A stretch of 64,000 nt of DNA from Thermoanaerobaculia bacterium. GTDB taxonomy: Bacteria; Acidobacteriota; Thermoanaerobaculia; Multivoradales; JAHZIX01. A model generated the notes under the pieces. It had not been told where the DNA came from. It made no database searches and saw only the letters and a list, made by a program, of their open reading frames with translations. Positions 1-9,236 of the stretch are shown here, in pieces. A program made the position numbers and the translations under genes. The stretch spans positions 28,774-92,773 of the forward strand of contig JALXFE010000400.1 of the NCBI GenBank assembly GCA_027069135.1. The letters run 5' to 3'. Every line of letters begins with the position of its first letter. Position 1 is the stretch's first letter.

Positions 1-268
1 TGCGGCGACCCGGGAGGTGTGCGGCTGTTGGTGAATGGTTTCGACTCTAACGACCCGAATGAAACCGGCATGGATTCAAAGCCAGGATATTCGTCGACGC
101 CGTAGCCCGGCAGGCTGTGGTAATCCCCTCGCGAGATCTCGTAGGCCGCGCCCGTCATCCCGGGCAACGGCCTCCCCGTTCTTCCGCTGGGACTCTCCGC
201 CCGCCACCCTTCCTGCTATATTAGTCGCGGCACTCAAGAACAGACTGAATCAGGACCCGCCTTGCGTC

Positions 269-1042
269 ATGACCGACTCATCACCACAAGCCTCCCGGGC
301 CACGAGGGAAGAGACGGCTAGCACTCTGCGCGGCCTGATCATTCTGCCTGCCTTCAACGAGTCGGCATCGGTGGCAGGCGTCGTCCATGAGCTTGCCCGG
401 GAGCTGCCGGGCTTTGACCTCCTGGTCGTTGACGACGGCTCGACGGACGCCACGGCGGAGCGGGTTCCCTATCCCGCCAACGTTGTGCGGCTACCCTTCA
501 ACCTGGGCATTGGCGGCGCCATGCAGACCGGCTACCGCTACGCCGCCATGTATGGCTACGACCTCGCAATTCAAGTGGACGCGGACGGCCAGCACCCACC
601 GACCCAGGTGCGCCAGCTGCTCGACCACCAATTGCGCACCGGTGCCGATATGGTGATCGGATCCCGTTTTCTGGAACCCGGCTCCTACCAACAAACCGCC
701 ACCCGCATGAGCGGCATGATCCTCTTAAGATCCCTACTTACTATGCTGACCCGGCAAAGATTCTCCGACTGCACGAGCGGGTTTCGGCTGGCGACGCGCA
801 ACGTCATCGGGGCCTTTGCTCACTGGTACCCGGACGACTACCCGGAGCCTGAAGTCGTCTTGCTGCTCCACCGCGCCGGCTTCCGAATTGAAGAAGTACC
901 GACGAAAATGGCACAGCGAACCACGGGACAGAGCAGCATCTCCCTCGGCAAGGGCCTGTTCTATGTGCTCAAGGTCTCGATGAGCCTGATACTGGACATG
1001 GTCCGCGCACCCTGGCCCAAGGAGGCCCTGAAAGGGAAATGA
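269..1042 (+). CDS. Glycosyltransferase family 2 (polyprenyl-phosphate sugar synthase / DPM-synthase-like, GtrB-like)
   Basis: ORF 35-1042; first in-frame ATG at 269. GT2 motifs LIILPAFNE, VVDDGSTD, DADGQHPP; C-terminal amphipathic/TM tail. The 5' 230 nt of the ORF are Arg-rich and non-protein-like, so ATG 269 is used. Confidence 0.8.
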   Translation: MTDSSPQASRATREETASTLRGLIILPAFNESASVAGVVHELARELPGFDLLVVDDGSTDATAERVPYPANVVRLPFNLGIGGAMQTGYRYAAMYGYDLAIQVDADGQHPPTQVRQLLDHQLRTGADMVIGSRFLEPGSYQQTATRMSGMILLRSLLTMLTRQRFSDCTSGFRLATRNVIGAFAHWYPDDYPEPEVVLLLHRAGFRIEEVPTKMAQRTTGQSSISLGKGLFYVLKVSMSLILDMVRAPWPKEALKGK

Positions 1043-1419
1043 CACGCACAGCGATTCTTCTCGTTTTCGGCATTCTCCTCATGACCTGGACGATCCGGGC
1101 CTTTCGCGCCCATCGCCTCAAGGAGCGCTACGCCATCCTCATGGTGCTCACTGGGGTGCCGTTCCTGGTGCTCGCTTTCTGGCCCGATGGGATCATCTTC
1201 GTGGCCGAGTCGCTCCGCATCGAAAAAGCCACCGTGCTGATCCTTGCGGTGGCGACCTTCATGACCATCATGATCTTCCAGCTGCTCTCCATCGTCAGCA
1301 TCCAAGACCAGAAGATCCATACTCTGGCGCAGCTCACCGGTATCTTGCTCCTCAAGGAGAAAAACCGTGAGCAGCTACAGGCCTCCCAGCCCACGGACCG
1401 CCAAGACCCCGCCGACTGA
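1039..1419 (+). CDS. Small integral membrane protein (DUF2304-like, commonly paired with GT2 genes)
   Basis: 126 aa with 3-4 hydrophobic helices. ATGA start/stop overlap with the upstream GT2 (coupled translation). Confidence 0.6.
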   Translation: MTRTAILLVFGILLMTWTIRAFRAHRLKERYAILMVLTGVPFLVLAFWPDGIIFVAESLRIEKATVLILAVATFMTIMIFQLLSIVSIQDQKIHTLAQLTGILLLKEKNREQLQASQPTDRQDPAD

Positions 1420-1447
1420 GGATCCCTCGGCGAGGCGGAAGGCGCTC

Positions 1448-2542
1448 ATGCAACAACACTCGGCACCTCAGCCCACCAGGGTCGCGACTCTCATTGTCTG
1501 CTTCAATGGCAAGCCCTACCTGGAGGACTGCCTGACCTCGCTCTTCGCCCATGAGTCTCCCCAGGTGCACAACACGGTGGTGGTGGTCGACAATGCGTCT
1601 CGGGACGGCAGCGCGGAGTTCCTCGCCGAGCGTTTTCCCGCCGAGCGCTACCCACGACTCGTCTTGGTGCATAGCGCCGAGAACCTAGGTTTTTCGGGCG
1701 GCAACAATCTCGGCTGGAGCTATGTTCGCGAACACCTGAAGGAAGTGCGTTTCCTCGCCCTGCTCAACCAGGATACGGTGGTCGAGACAGGATGGCTGGA
1801 GGCCCTGCTGGAAGCCCTCTCTGAAGACTCCGCCAGCGCCGCCGCTCAACCCAAGATCCTCCTGGACCCGGAGACCCACCTGCTCAATACCGCGGGAAAT
1901 TGCTCCCACTACCTCGGTTTTGGCTTCACCACCGGCTACCGCGAAGAAGACCGCGGCCAATATGACCAACCCCGCCGGCTGTCCTTTCCTTCGGGAGCCG
2001 CCGTCGTCCTGCGCTGCTCCTTCATCGAACGTTGGGGACTCTTCGATGACGGGATGTTCCTCTACTTGGAGGACACCGACCTGGGCTGGCGAGTCCTCCA
2101 AGCAGGCCTCCACACCGTGTATCAACCCCGCAGCCGAGTGCGCCACAAATACCGCTTCAACGACCAGTACACCCATTATTACTACCTGGAGAGAAACCGC
2201 TGGCTGCTGCTGCTCTACCACTACCGCTTAGCGACCCTGCTCTTGCTTGCTCCCGCCCTCGTGGCGATGGAATTCGGGCAAATCTTGTTTGCAGCCCAAC
2301 ATGGCTGCTTGGGCCAGAAGATGAAGGCTTACTCCTACTTTCTGCACCCACGAAACCTGAGCAAGATGATCCGCCGACGGTGCTGGGTGCAGCGCCAAAG
2401 GGTCTGTGGAGACCACCATCTGATGGCCGGTTTCCTAGGCCGATTGGATTTCCAAGCCATCCAGAGCCCGTTGGTGAAATACTTCGCCAGCCCCATGCTC
2501 GCGGCCTATTGGAAGCTCATCAAGCCCTGTATCTTGTGGTGA
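1448..2542 (+). CDS. Glycosyltransferase family 2
   Basis: ORF 1367-2542; ATG 1448 is the first start after the upstream stop and is preceded by GGAAGG. Motifs ATLIVCFNG, VVVDNASRDGS, DxD-like LEDTD. Confidence 0.8.
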   Translation: MQQHSAPQPTRVATLIVCFNGKPYLEDCLTSLFAHESPQVHNTVVVVDNASRDGSAEFLAERFPAERYPRLVLVHSAENLGFSGGNNLGWSYVREHLKEVRFLALLNQDTVVETGWLEALLEALSEDSASAAAQPKILLDPETHLLNTAGNCSHYLGFGFTTGYREEDRGQYDQPRRLSFPSGAAVVLRCSFIERWGLFDDGMFLYLEDTDLGWRVLQAGLHTVYQPRSRVRHKYRFNDQYTHYYYLERNRWLLLLYHYRLATLLLLAPALVAMEFGQILFAAQHGCLGQKMKAYSYFLHPRNLSKMIRRRCWVQRQRVCGDHHLMAGFLGRLDFQAIQSPLVKYFASPMLAAYWKLIKPCILW

Positions 2543-2623
2543 TGCCCGGCCCTCTCGCAGCATCGAAAGCAGCAAAGGAGCTCAGACATTTCCTCGACCA
2601 GCTCAAAACGATGGACCCCCCTG

Positions 2624-3979
2624 TTGGCGGGCTGGCATTTTCTCTGCCTCACAGGTTTTCAACTGTGGGTAATTCGCCGGGCCACCCTCTTGCTGGGGGA
2701 GAGCTATGGGGATTTTGCCCACCCCTTCGCCATCGCCTCCTTCGCCTCCGCCTTCACCCTCATAGGGCTGCAGCAGACCGTCCTGCGCTACACCGGATTT
2801 CATGCGGCACAGGGGCAGTGGGGCGCCGTAAAGCGAATTCTCTTGCAGGGAGTCGCCATGCGGGGGGGGCTGCTACTAGCGGTAAGCTTGGGGCTCTTCT
2901 TCCATCTTTCCGCGACCAATCCAACGAGTCGCCAGACGGCTGCCATGGTCTGCCTCTACCTGATCGCCCAGGGGCTGTTCTTGCTTCTGGCTGCTGCCCT
3001 ACAGGGCATGGACCGCTTTCGGGAGCTGGCGGGCAGCTCGACCCTGATGCTCCTCGCCACCGCCCTACCGGCGAAAAGCTTGACCGGCATCTTTTCCATG
3101 TTGGCCCTGGGGTATGGAACCGCAGCCGCCTCCCTCGCCGCGATCGCCACCTGGACCCTATGGCGCCGGGGTAATGAGAATCAGCCCCAGGAGGCGGTAG
3201 AGGGAGTGGCTCCACCGGTCTTCCGGCATCTGCTGCGCTTCTCCACCCTGCTGAGCCTAGGCGCCCTTTTCACCCTCGGCTCCGACTCGAGCCCGATCCT
3301 CCTGCTGCGAGATGCCTACCCCGCCGTGACCTATGGCCTGCTCGCCCTGGCCTTCCAGCTGAGCCTCTACCCACCGCGCGTCAACGCTCTCGCAGAATCA
3401 CTGATTCTGCCGCCCATGAGCGCCCTGGCCCAAAGCGGGGGGGCCGAGCGTCAGTTGAGCCTGTTGGCAGCCTGGGTCAAGCGGCTGCGCCTCATGGGAG
3501 TGTTGGTGCTGGCGCCCTTGCCGCTGCTTCTTCCAACCGTTCTTCACAGAGTTTTCGAGGTGGATCATCCCCAGGCGACACTCTTTATCTCTCTCATGCT
3601 GCTGGCAAATCTGCCTCGCTTCCTGCTACCGGCCACTAGCGCGGCGCTCATCGCTCGGGGCAAACCTCTGCTACTCAGCGTCGGCAGCGGCGCCAAGCTG
3701 GCCCTAGACCTAGCTCTCCTCTTGTCCCTGCGGGGCGGCAACCCCATCGTCTTGATCCTTGCGCTGGTGGGCTCCGCATTGGTGTTCGGCCAGGCGATCT
3801 TCGCCCTTGCCCACCGCGAGCTCGGTGGCCGACTGCGCCTCGACGGCTGGACGATCCTCGCGGTTTCTCTTGGCGCTGCTACTCTCCTAATGGAAGCTGA
3901 GGCCTGGGTGATGCCCACCGCGTGGACGGTCGCCGCCGGCTTGCTTGGCCGCGCGTTGTTCCGGAGGCCCCTGAGGTGA
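2624..3979 (+). CDS. Polysaccharide/oligosaccharide flippase (Wzx-like, MOP superfamily)
   Basis: 451 aa, ~12 predicted TM helices. N-terminal LLGESYGDF...LRY motif typical of Wzx/MOP exporters. TTG start at 2624. Confidence 0.6.
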   Translation: MAGWHFLCLTGFQLWVIRRATLLLGESYGDFAHPFAIASFASAFTLIGLQQTVLRYTGFHAAQGQWGAVKRILLQGVAMRGGLLLAVSLGLFFHLSATNPTSRQTAAMVCLYLIAQGLFLLLAAALQGMDRFRELAGSSTLMLLATALPAKSLTGIFSMLALGYGTAAASLAAIATWTLWRRGNENQPQEAVEGVAPPVFRHLLRFSTLLSLGALFTLGSDSSPILLLRDAYPAVTYGLLALAFQLSLYPPRVNALAESLILPPMSALAQSGGAERQLSLLAAWVKRLRLMGVLVLAPLPLLLPTVLHRVFEVDHPQATLFISLMLLANLPRFLLPATSAALIARGKPLLLSVGSGAKLALDLALLLSLRGGNPIVLILALVGSALVFGQAIFALAHRELGGRLRLDGWTILAVSLGAATLLMEAEAWVMPTAWTVAAGLLGRALFRRPLR

Positions 3980-5106
3980 GGGAGACTGTCCTGCTGCGCC
4001 GACGCATAGATATGGTCCGCAATGTCTTCCTGGCAGAGGGAGGCTGGCGGCTGGCCTCTTCCCTCTATCTCATCGGAGGCTTTGCTCGTGGGGAAGGCAC
4101 CTGGGATATCCACCGGGGGAAGTTACGGATTTACAACGACCTCGACCTTCTGGCGGTCATTCGACGGCGTACTCCCGGGACTCTCCTACGGCTCCACCGC
4201 ATCGCGAGACGGCTTAACGACGGCCGCTTCGACCACACCGTCGACCTGGAGATCGCCTCTCTCCCCACCCTGCTGCGGCCACCTTCGACCCTCCTCGAGA
4301 CGGACCTTCGAGCGTCCCCACGTCTGCTGTGGGGAGAGGACCCCCTGGCCGGTCTGGGCGGATCCGCAGGCGGTGAAATTCGTCCCGGAGATGCCCTTCA
4401 GCTGCTGTTCAATCGCCAGGCCAGTGCTCTCTATGGTCTGCGGCTCCTGAGCCGGGAACCACTGAACATTCCCTACCTCCAGGTGCAGATCTGCAAGCCT
4501 CTTCTGGCCATGATGGCAGCCACACTGGCTCTGGAAGGGCGGTATGTTTCCCTCGCTTCCGACCAGCTCTCGGCTCTTCTGCAGCTGCTGCCGCGCCAGT
4601 CCTCCGACCCCCTATGGCAGGCCTTCCGCTCCCCCCGCACCCTCGAGCTGCTGGAGACTGCTGTCCGCTTCAAGTCAAACCCCGAAGCCGGGCACTTCGA
4701 ACCCTTCGGGGAGACTCTGGATGAGGTTCTCAGGATCTACCAGTCACACTTGTTCGCCGCGCTGGCGAGACTCTGCGAAGAGCCATCAACGGGGCCTCCC
4801 GAGAGGCTACTCAAGACCTTCCGTCGACGGCAACCACGTTCCTTCCGGCTGCTATCCCTTCCCTGGTGGGCCCACGCCGTGAGGTCTCGCCAGGCTGGTG
4901 TTTCGACCTCCCTGCCCCGTGTTGACGTTCACCCGCAAGTGGATGTATATATCGCCCACACCCGCTGGTTGGCAGATTTTCTCGACGGAGCCTCCCCGTC
5001 CCAGCTGGGGCATTCCCGCCTGCTCGCAGGCCGCAGCCACGAGGAGCGCTTGGAGTCTCTGATTCGATCCTGGCAGGCGAGTGGCTTCGGCTGCCGGCTA
5101 GAGTAA
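3976..5106 (+). CDS. Hypothetical protein with nucleotidyltransferase (Pol-beta-like) fold motifs
   Basis: GGFARGEG...NDLDLLAV resembles the GS...DxD NTase signature. GTG 3976 overlaps the flippase stop (GTGA); alternative ATG at 4012. Confidence 0.5.
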   Translation: MRETVLLRRRIDMVRNVFLAEGGWRLASSLYLIGGFARGEGTWDIHRGKLRIYNDLDLLAVIRRRTPGTLLRLHRIARRLNDGRFDHTVDLEIASLPTLLRPPSTLLETDLRASPRLLWGEDPLAGLGGSAGGEIRPGDALQLLFNRQASALYGLRLLSREPLNIPYLQVQICKPLLAMMAATLALEGRYVSLASDQLSALLQLLPRQSSDPLWQAFRSPRTLELLETAVRFKSNPEAGHFEPFGETLDEVLRIYQSHLFAALARLCEEPSTGPPERLLKTFRRRQPRSFRLLSLPWWAHAVRSRQAGVSTSLPRVDVHPQVDVYIAHTRWLADFLDGASPSQLGHSRLLAGRSHEERLESLIRSWQASGFGCRLE

Positions 5107-5154
5107 GCTACCCGCGACGTTCGTTCGCAATGAGACACCCAGGATGAAGCACCC

Positions 5155-6450
5155 GTGAAAAAATACCCTGGCGCCGATTCGCTGACCCTCTTCATCATCC
5201 TGGATGCCTTTCGCCACGACTACCTCCTCCGAGCTCCGTACCTCTCCTCCATCGCTGATTGGCACGGCGACGTTCGAGAGACTTTCGGCTTTATTTCCAC
5301 CCGGCCTGCCATGTGCGCCGGGGTCTACCCGGAAGAGACGGATCTTTGTTTCGAATACCAGTTCCGGCCCGAGGGCAAGACCTTCAGCCCACGGCTCTGC
5401 GCCACCCTTGAAGCGGCTTCTAAAATTCTACCTCTCAGGCCGCTCAAGCTCGCAGCTTCAGCCTGGCTCCGGGCCACAAGCCGAAATATCATCGCCCGCC
5501 GAACCGGTTTGATCGGCAATATCCCCTTCGATCAGCTTCGCCTTTTCGATCTGTCCGAGCACCGGCTTCAAACGGAACCCGGCTACCTGGCCACTCCCAC
5601 CATCTACGATTTGTTGCGGGAAGCCGGACAAGATTTTTCCTATTTCGGATTCGCTCGTAGTAAGAGCCCTCGGGAGATTTTGCGCAGAATTCGCTCATTG
5701 GTCCTGGGCAACGATCTGCTGGAAGCGGATAGAAGCCTGGTAAGGAATTACCTGGGCGACCTGGAACGCCACAGGCCCGCTTTTGCGCACCTGCATTTCT
5801 CCGCCTGTGATTGGGTGGGCCACCGCTTCGGCCCGGACTCCGACGAAATGGAGGCAACGATTCTCGCCCTGGACCGCATGGTCGAGGAGGTGCATGGACA
5901 AGCACTGGGTCGCTATGACCGAGTCCGCCTGCTGTTGAGCGCTGACCATGGCATGGTGGGCGTCACCTCGAGCCATGACCTGCGCCGGGAGCTGGCTCGC
6001 CTGCCGGTCTCGGAGCCCGAGGACTACGTCGCCTTCCTGGACTCCACCATGGCCCGCTTCTGGTTCTTCAAGCCGGCGGCGGAACGGGCCATTCGCCAAA
6101 GCCTGGACGATCTCCCCTGGGGCACCGTGCTCAGCGAAGAGGAGAGGGCCCGGCACCGGATCCGCTTCCGTGACAACGCCAATGGCGACCTGTTCTTCCT
6201 GCTCAATCCCGGTGAGGTCCTACTGCCGAACTACTACCAGGCCACGGGAGCCCCCCCCCACGGTATGCACGGCTACGACCCGGATGAGCGAGACAACCAG
6301 GGAGCCGTCCTGCTGCATGGCTTTCCCGGCAAGGCGGTGCGAGATACCGGTGCGCTGATCGACCTGGTCGATCTCTTTCCCACCCTCCTCGATCTCCACG
6401 GACTGCCCAAACCGACCGAGTCGTCGGCCAGGTCTCTGCTCCAGCGATGA
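5155..6450 (+). CDS. Alkaline-phosphatase superfamily protein, type I phosphodiesterase/nucleotide pyrophosphatase (NPP) family
   Basis: LFIILDAFRHDYL metal-site motif near the N-terminus and LLSADHGMV motif. GTG start. Confidence 0.75.
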   Translation: MKKYPGADSLTLFIILDAFRHDYLLRAPYLSSIADWHGDVRETFGFISTRPAMCAGVYPEETDLCFEYQFRPEGKTFSPRLCATLEAASKILPLRPLKLAASAWLRATSRNIIARRTGLIGNIPFDQLRLFDLSEHRLQTEPGYLATPTIYDLLREAGQDFSYFGFARSKSPREILRRIRSLVLGNDLLEADRSLVRNYLGDLERHRPAFAHLHFSACDWVGHRFGPDSDEMEATILALDRMVEEVHGQALGRYDRVRLLLSADHGMVGVTSSHDLRRELARLPVSEPEDYVAFLDSTMARFWFFKPAAERAIRQSLDDLPWGTVLSEEERARHRIRFRDNANGDLFFLLNPGEVLLPNYYQATGAPPHGMHGYDPDERDNQGAVLLHGFPGKAVRDTGALIDLVDLFPTLLDLHGLPKPTESSARSLLQR

Positions 6451-7304
6451 AATCCGTCGCGGTCTTCATTCGGGCTCGCAACGAGGCGGAAGCCTTGGCG
6501 AAAACCCTACCGGCGATCGCTGCCCAGTCGAGGCCACCAACGGAAATCGTGGTTCTGGACAACGAGTCCACCGACGGCACCGCCGACATCTCTCGGACCC
6601 ACCAGGCCCGGGTGGAGACCATTTCCCGAGAGGAGTTTTCCTACGGTCATGCCCTCAACCGGTCTCTCAAGGATACCCGCTCCGAGATCATCATTTTCTT
6701 GTCCGCCCACTCGCCTCCGACCACCGATCGATGGCTCGAAAGGCTCATCGAGCCCATAGAATCCCGGAAGGCCAGCGCGACCTTTGGCCGGCAAGTGCCG
6801 GAGTCGGGGGTCAACCACCTGGAAGAATGGATTCTGCACCGCACTTTTCCCAAGAAGCCACGCACCTGGCGCCGCTGGCTCGGTCTCCAAAGGATCACCT
6901 TCAGCAACGCCAATGCGGCCATCTCCCGCTCGTTGCTCCAGCGGGAGCCCTTTCGGGAAGACCTTGAATTCGCTGAAGATATCGAGTGGGCCAACCGGGT
7001 GAAGGGGCAAGGCGAAGACCTCGCCTACGTTCCGGCGGCGGCCATCTACCACTCCCACCCGTACCGACCGGGCTTACTGGAGAGGCGCATGGAATCCGTG
7101 GGCCGAGCCATGGCTCGAAACGGCTCCGGTGGGGAGTATTCCTCTCCCGTGGGCTACGCTGTCATCTACCTGGGAACCCTGGCCGTAGACTTTCTTTTCT
7201 GCTGTTTTCGCGGCTATTGGGCCACCATCCCCCAGATCCCTAGATACCGCGGAGAGTATTTTCGGGGACTCCGCCGCGGCTTGCGCCTAGGTGGCACCCC
7301 TTAA
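6447..7304 (+). CDS. Glycosyltransferase family 2
   Basis: VAVFIRARNEAEAL, IVVLDNESTDGT motifs. ATGA overlap with the upstream gene. Confidence 0.75.
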   Translation: MKSVAVFIRARNEAEALAKTLPAIAAQSRPPTEIVVLDNESTDGTADISRTHQARVETISREEFSYGHALNRSLKDTRSEIIIFLSAHSPPTTDRWLERLIEPIESRKASATFGRQVPESGVNHLEEWILHRTFPKKPRTWRRWLGLQRITFSNANAAISRSLLQREPFREDLEFAEDIEWANRVKGQGEDLAYVPAAAIYHSHPYRPGLLERRMESVGRAMARNGSGGEYSSPVGYAVIYLGTLAVDFLFCCFRGYWATIPQIPRYRGEYFRGLRRGLRLGGTP

Positions 7305-7501
7305 GATGCGCTCCGAGAAGTGCGATACCATGGCATGCTCCCCCTTGCCCCGAAGAAGTCTCCCGAAACGAGCTGTCCAGTCGCCCGGGGCGACTGTAGC
7401 TCACAGCCAGGAGTCACAGCCAGGAACCGGCATAGAGAAACGCCCGCTGAAGACCACCAAGAGAAGCACCTGAGCCTTCGAACCGTTATTCGAGTCTGGT
7501 C

Positions 7502-9109
7502 ATGAAAGAAACCTTCGCCAACGACCCTTCCCGCTTCGAACGCCTGCTCCTGCTTGGACTTCTTCTGCTCATCCTCGGGGGACTGAAGCTGAGCTTCAAC
7601 CCCGGTATCGGGCGCAACTCCCTGGATGGCGACTACTACTACCAGATCGCCCGAAACGTCTCGGAAGGTAACGGCCTCAAGACCAACCTCTCCCTGTATC
7701 TCAAGGGATTCAAGCACTTTCCCCACGAGTCCAACATGGCACCGCTCTGGCCCCTCGCCCTGGGCTATACCGGACGCATCGTCGGCCTCCCAAGAGCCGC
7801 CGCTCTGCTGCCCGAGACCCTCTACCTTATCGACCTGCTGCTGCTGTATTTCCTGGCTAATGTCCTGGCTGTGCGCATGACCGGCGAGCCTTCGGCACGG
7901 TTCGTGATCCCCGGTGGAAGAACCTTGGACCTGGGTCATGTGGCGGTGCTCCTATTAGGAACGAATATCCGCTTCTTTGAGTTCACCTCTCTGCCCTATA
8001 CGGAAGCCCTGGGGTTCTTTTTTCTTCTTTCGGCCTTGTTGGCATTGGACCGCTGTCGCCATGGGCATCTGGGCTGGGCCGCCGCCGCAGGCCTCTTGGC
8101 CGCTGCCGGTTTCATGACGCGGGCCCAGCTCATTGGCGTGATGGTCGCGGTGCCCCTGGCTCTGACGCTGGTGAGTATTCGCCAACGGCGTTTCTTGGCC
8201 CTGGCTGCCACCGCCGTCCTCAGCTCCGTTGCGGCGATCCTTCCCTGGGCCTGGCATCTATCGAGTTTCATCCAGCCTTTCAGAGTCTGGCCCATGATCA
8301 ACATGGGTTCCTACCGGACGACTCCGGAAATCGCCGCATTCTCGACTCGGGTGCCCCTGGAGACTCTCTGGGAGCGGTTCGCTGATCGGGCCCTGGGCTT
8401 ACGGGTTGCCTTTAGTCCCTCCGACCCGAATTCCTATCTTTTCTCCTTCGGCCTGGTCGCCTGGCTTCCCCTCTTGGCCATCGCCAAGATTCTCTCCGGA
8501 TTGCTGAATTTGGTACGGGAGGGCCGGGCTCTGCTCAACCCTCGATATCTGGCGCCGATGGCGACGGTTCTGGCCTCCGGAGCCCTCCTTGCACCGGTGC
8601 ATGATGGCCACTTCCACTACTTTAAGGAATGGCTATTCGGCTTTCGCCACGGCTTACCCCTGATCTTGTTGATTCTTCCCGCCCTCGTCTTGCTCACAAA
8701 AATGAGCCACCGCTGGCTCGGCTGGATTGCCTGGGGCTTGGTGGTCGCCTCCCTCGCCACGGGCCTTGCCCGTACCAGCGGCCTTCTGACCCTGAAATTC
8801 CCATCGGGGCTGCTGGGGCCAGAGCCGCAGTTGGTCGCCTGGCTCGACGGGCAAACTCCCCGGCCATCGGTGGTCACCACCAACTCCCAGACCCTCTCCG
8901 CTCTGAGCCGCTCGGGCTACCATTGGATCACTTGCCAGAACGACTCCGAGAGCACCCTGGGGCTTCTCGAATTCGCCGGGGCCAACTACGTGCTCCTCTA
9001 TCCCGGCGAGGAAAAATGCTCCTTCCTCCAGGGCCTCGAAGACCGGCTAGAGCTGATCAAGGTATTCGGAGACGACGGATTCCAGATCGGTGTTCTCAAG
9101 GCTCGGTGA
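7502..9109 (+). CDS. GT-C membrane glycosyltransferase (ArnT / PMT_2-like, GT39/GT83-type)
   Basis: 535 aa polytopic. First periplasmic loop motif DGDYYYQIARNVSEGNG resembles the ArnT/PMT DE-YY.QIA signature. Large C-terminal soluble domain. Confidence 0.7.
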   Translation: MKETFANDPSRFERLLLLGLLLLILGGLKLSFNPGIGRNSLDGDYYYQIARNVSEGNGLKTNLSLYLKGFKHFPHESNMAPLWPLALGYTGRIVGLPRAAALLPETLYLIDLLLLYFLANVLAVRMTGEPSARFVIPGGRTLDLGHVAVLLLGTNIRFFEFTSLPYTEALGFFFLLSALLALDRCRHGHLGWAAAAGLLAAAGFMTRAQLIGVMVAVPLALTLVSIRQRRFLALAATAVLSSVAAILPWAWHLSSFIQPFRVWPMINMGSYRTTPEIAAFSTRVPLETLWERFADRALGLRVAFSPSDPNSYLFSFGLVAWLPLLAIAKILSGLLNLVREGRALLNPRYLAPMATVLASGALLAPVHDGHFHYFKEWLFGFRHGLPLILLILPALVLLTKMSHRWLGWIAWGLVVASLATGLARTSGLLTLKFPSGLLGPEPQLVAWLDGQTPRPSVVTTNSQTLSALSRSGYHWITCQNDSESTLGLLEFAGANYVLLYPGEEKCSFLQGLEDRLELIKVFGDDGFQIGVLKAR

Positions 9110-9190
9110 CGGCCTGCGGCAGCTCCGGGCCATGGGGAAACCCCGCCCTCGCCGAGTGGCAGAGGCTCCTCCGGGCGAGGGAAGGATTCA

Positions 9191-9222
9191 GCGGTAGGCG
9201 GGGCACAGCGCCCGCCTACCGC
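9191..9222. terminator. Perfect 12-bp GC-rich hairpin (gcggtaggcggg / cccgcctaccgc, 8-nt loop) between convergent genes; candidate bidirectional terminator
   Basis: Inverted repeat read directly from the sequence. Lies between the + gene ending at 9109 and the - gene ending at 9237. No strong U-tract. Confidence 0.4.
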
Positions 9223-9236
9223 TGAGGGGTTCGGGT

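Noticed and set aside
2380-3174. 264-aa plus-strand ORF overlapping the start of the Wzx-like flippase
   Set aside because: It encodes a Pro/Arg/Gly/His-rich non-protein-like sequence. The alternative frame gives a 12-TM flippase with a conserved MOP N-terminal motif.
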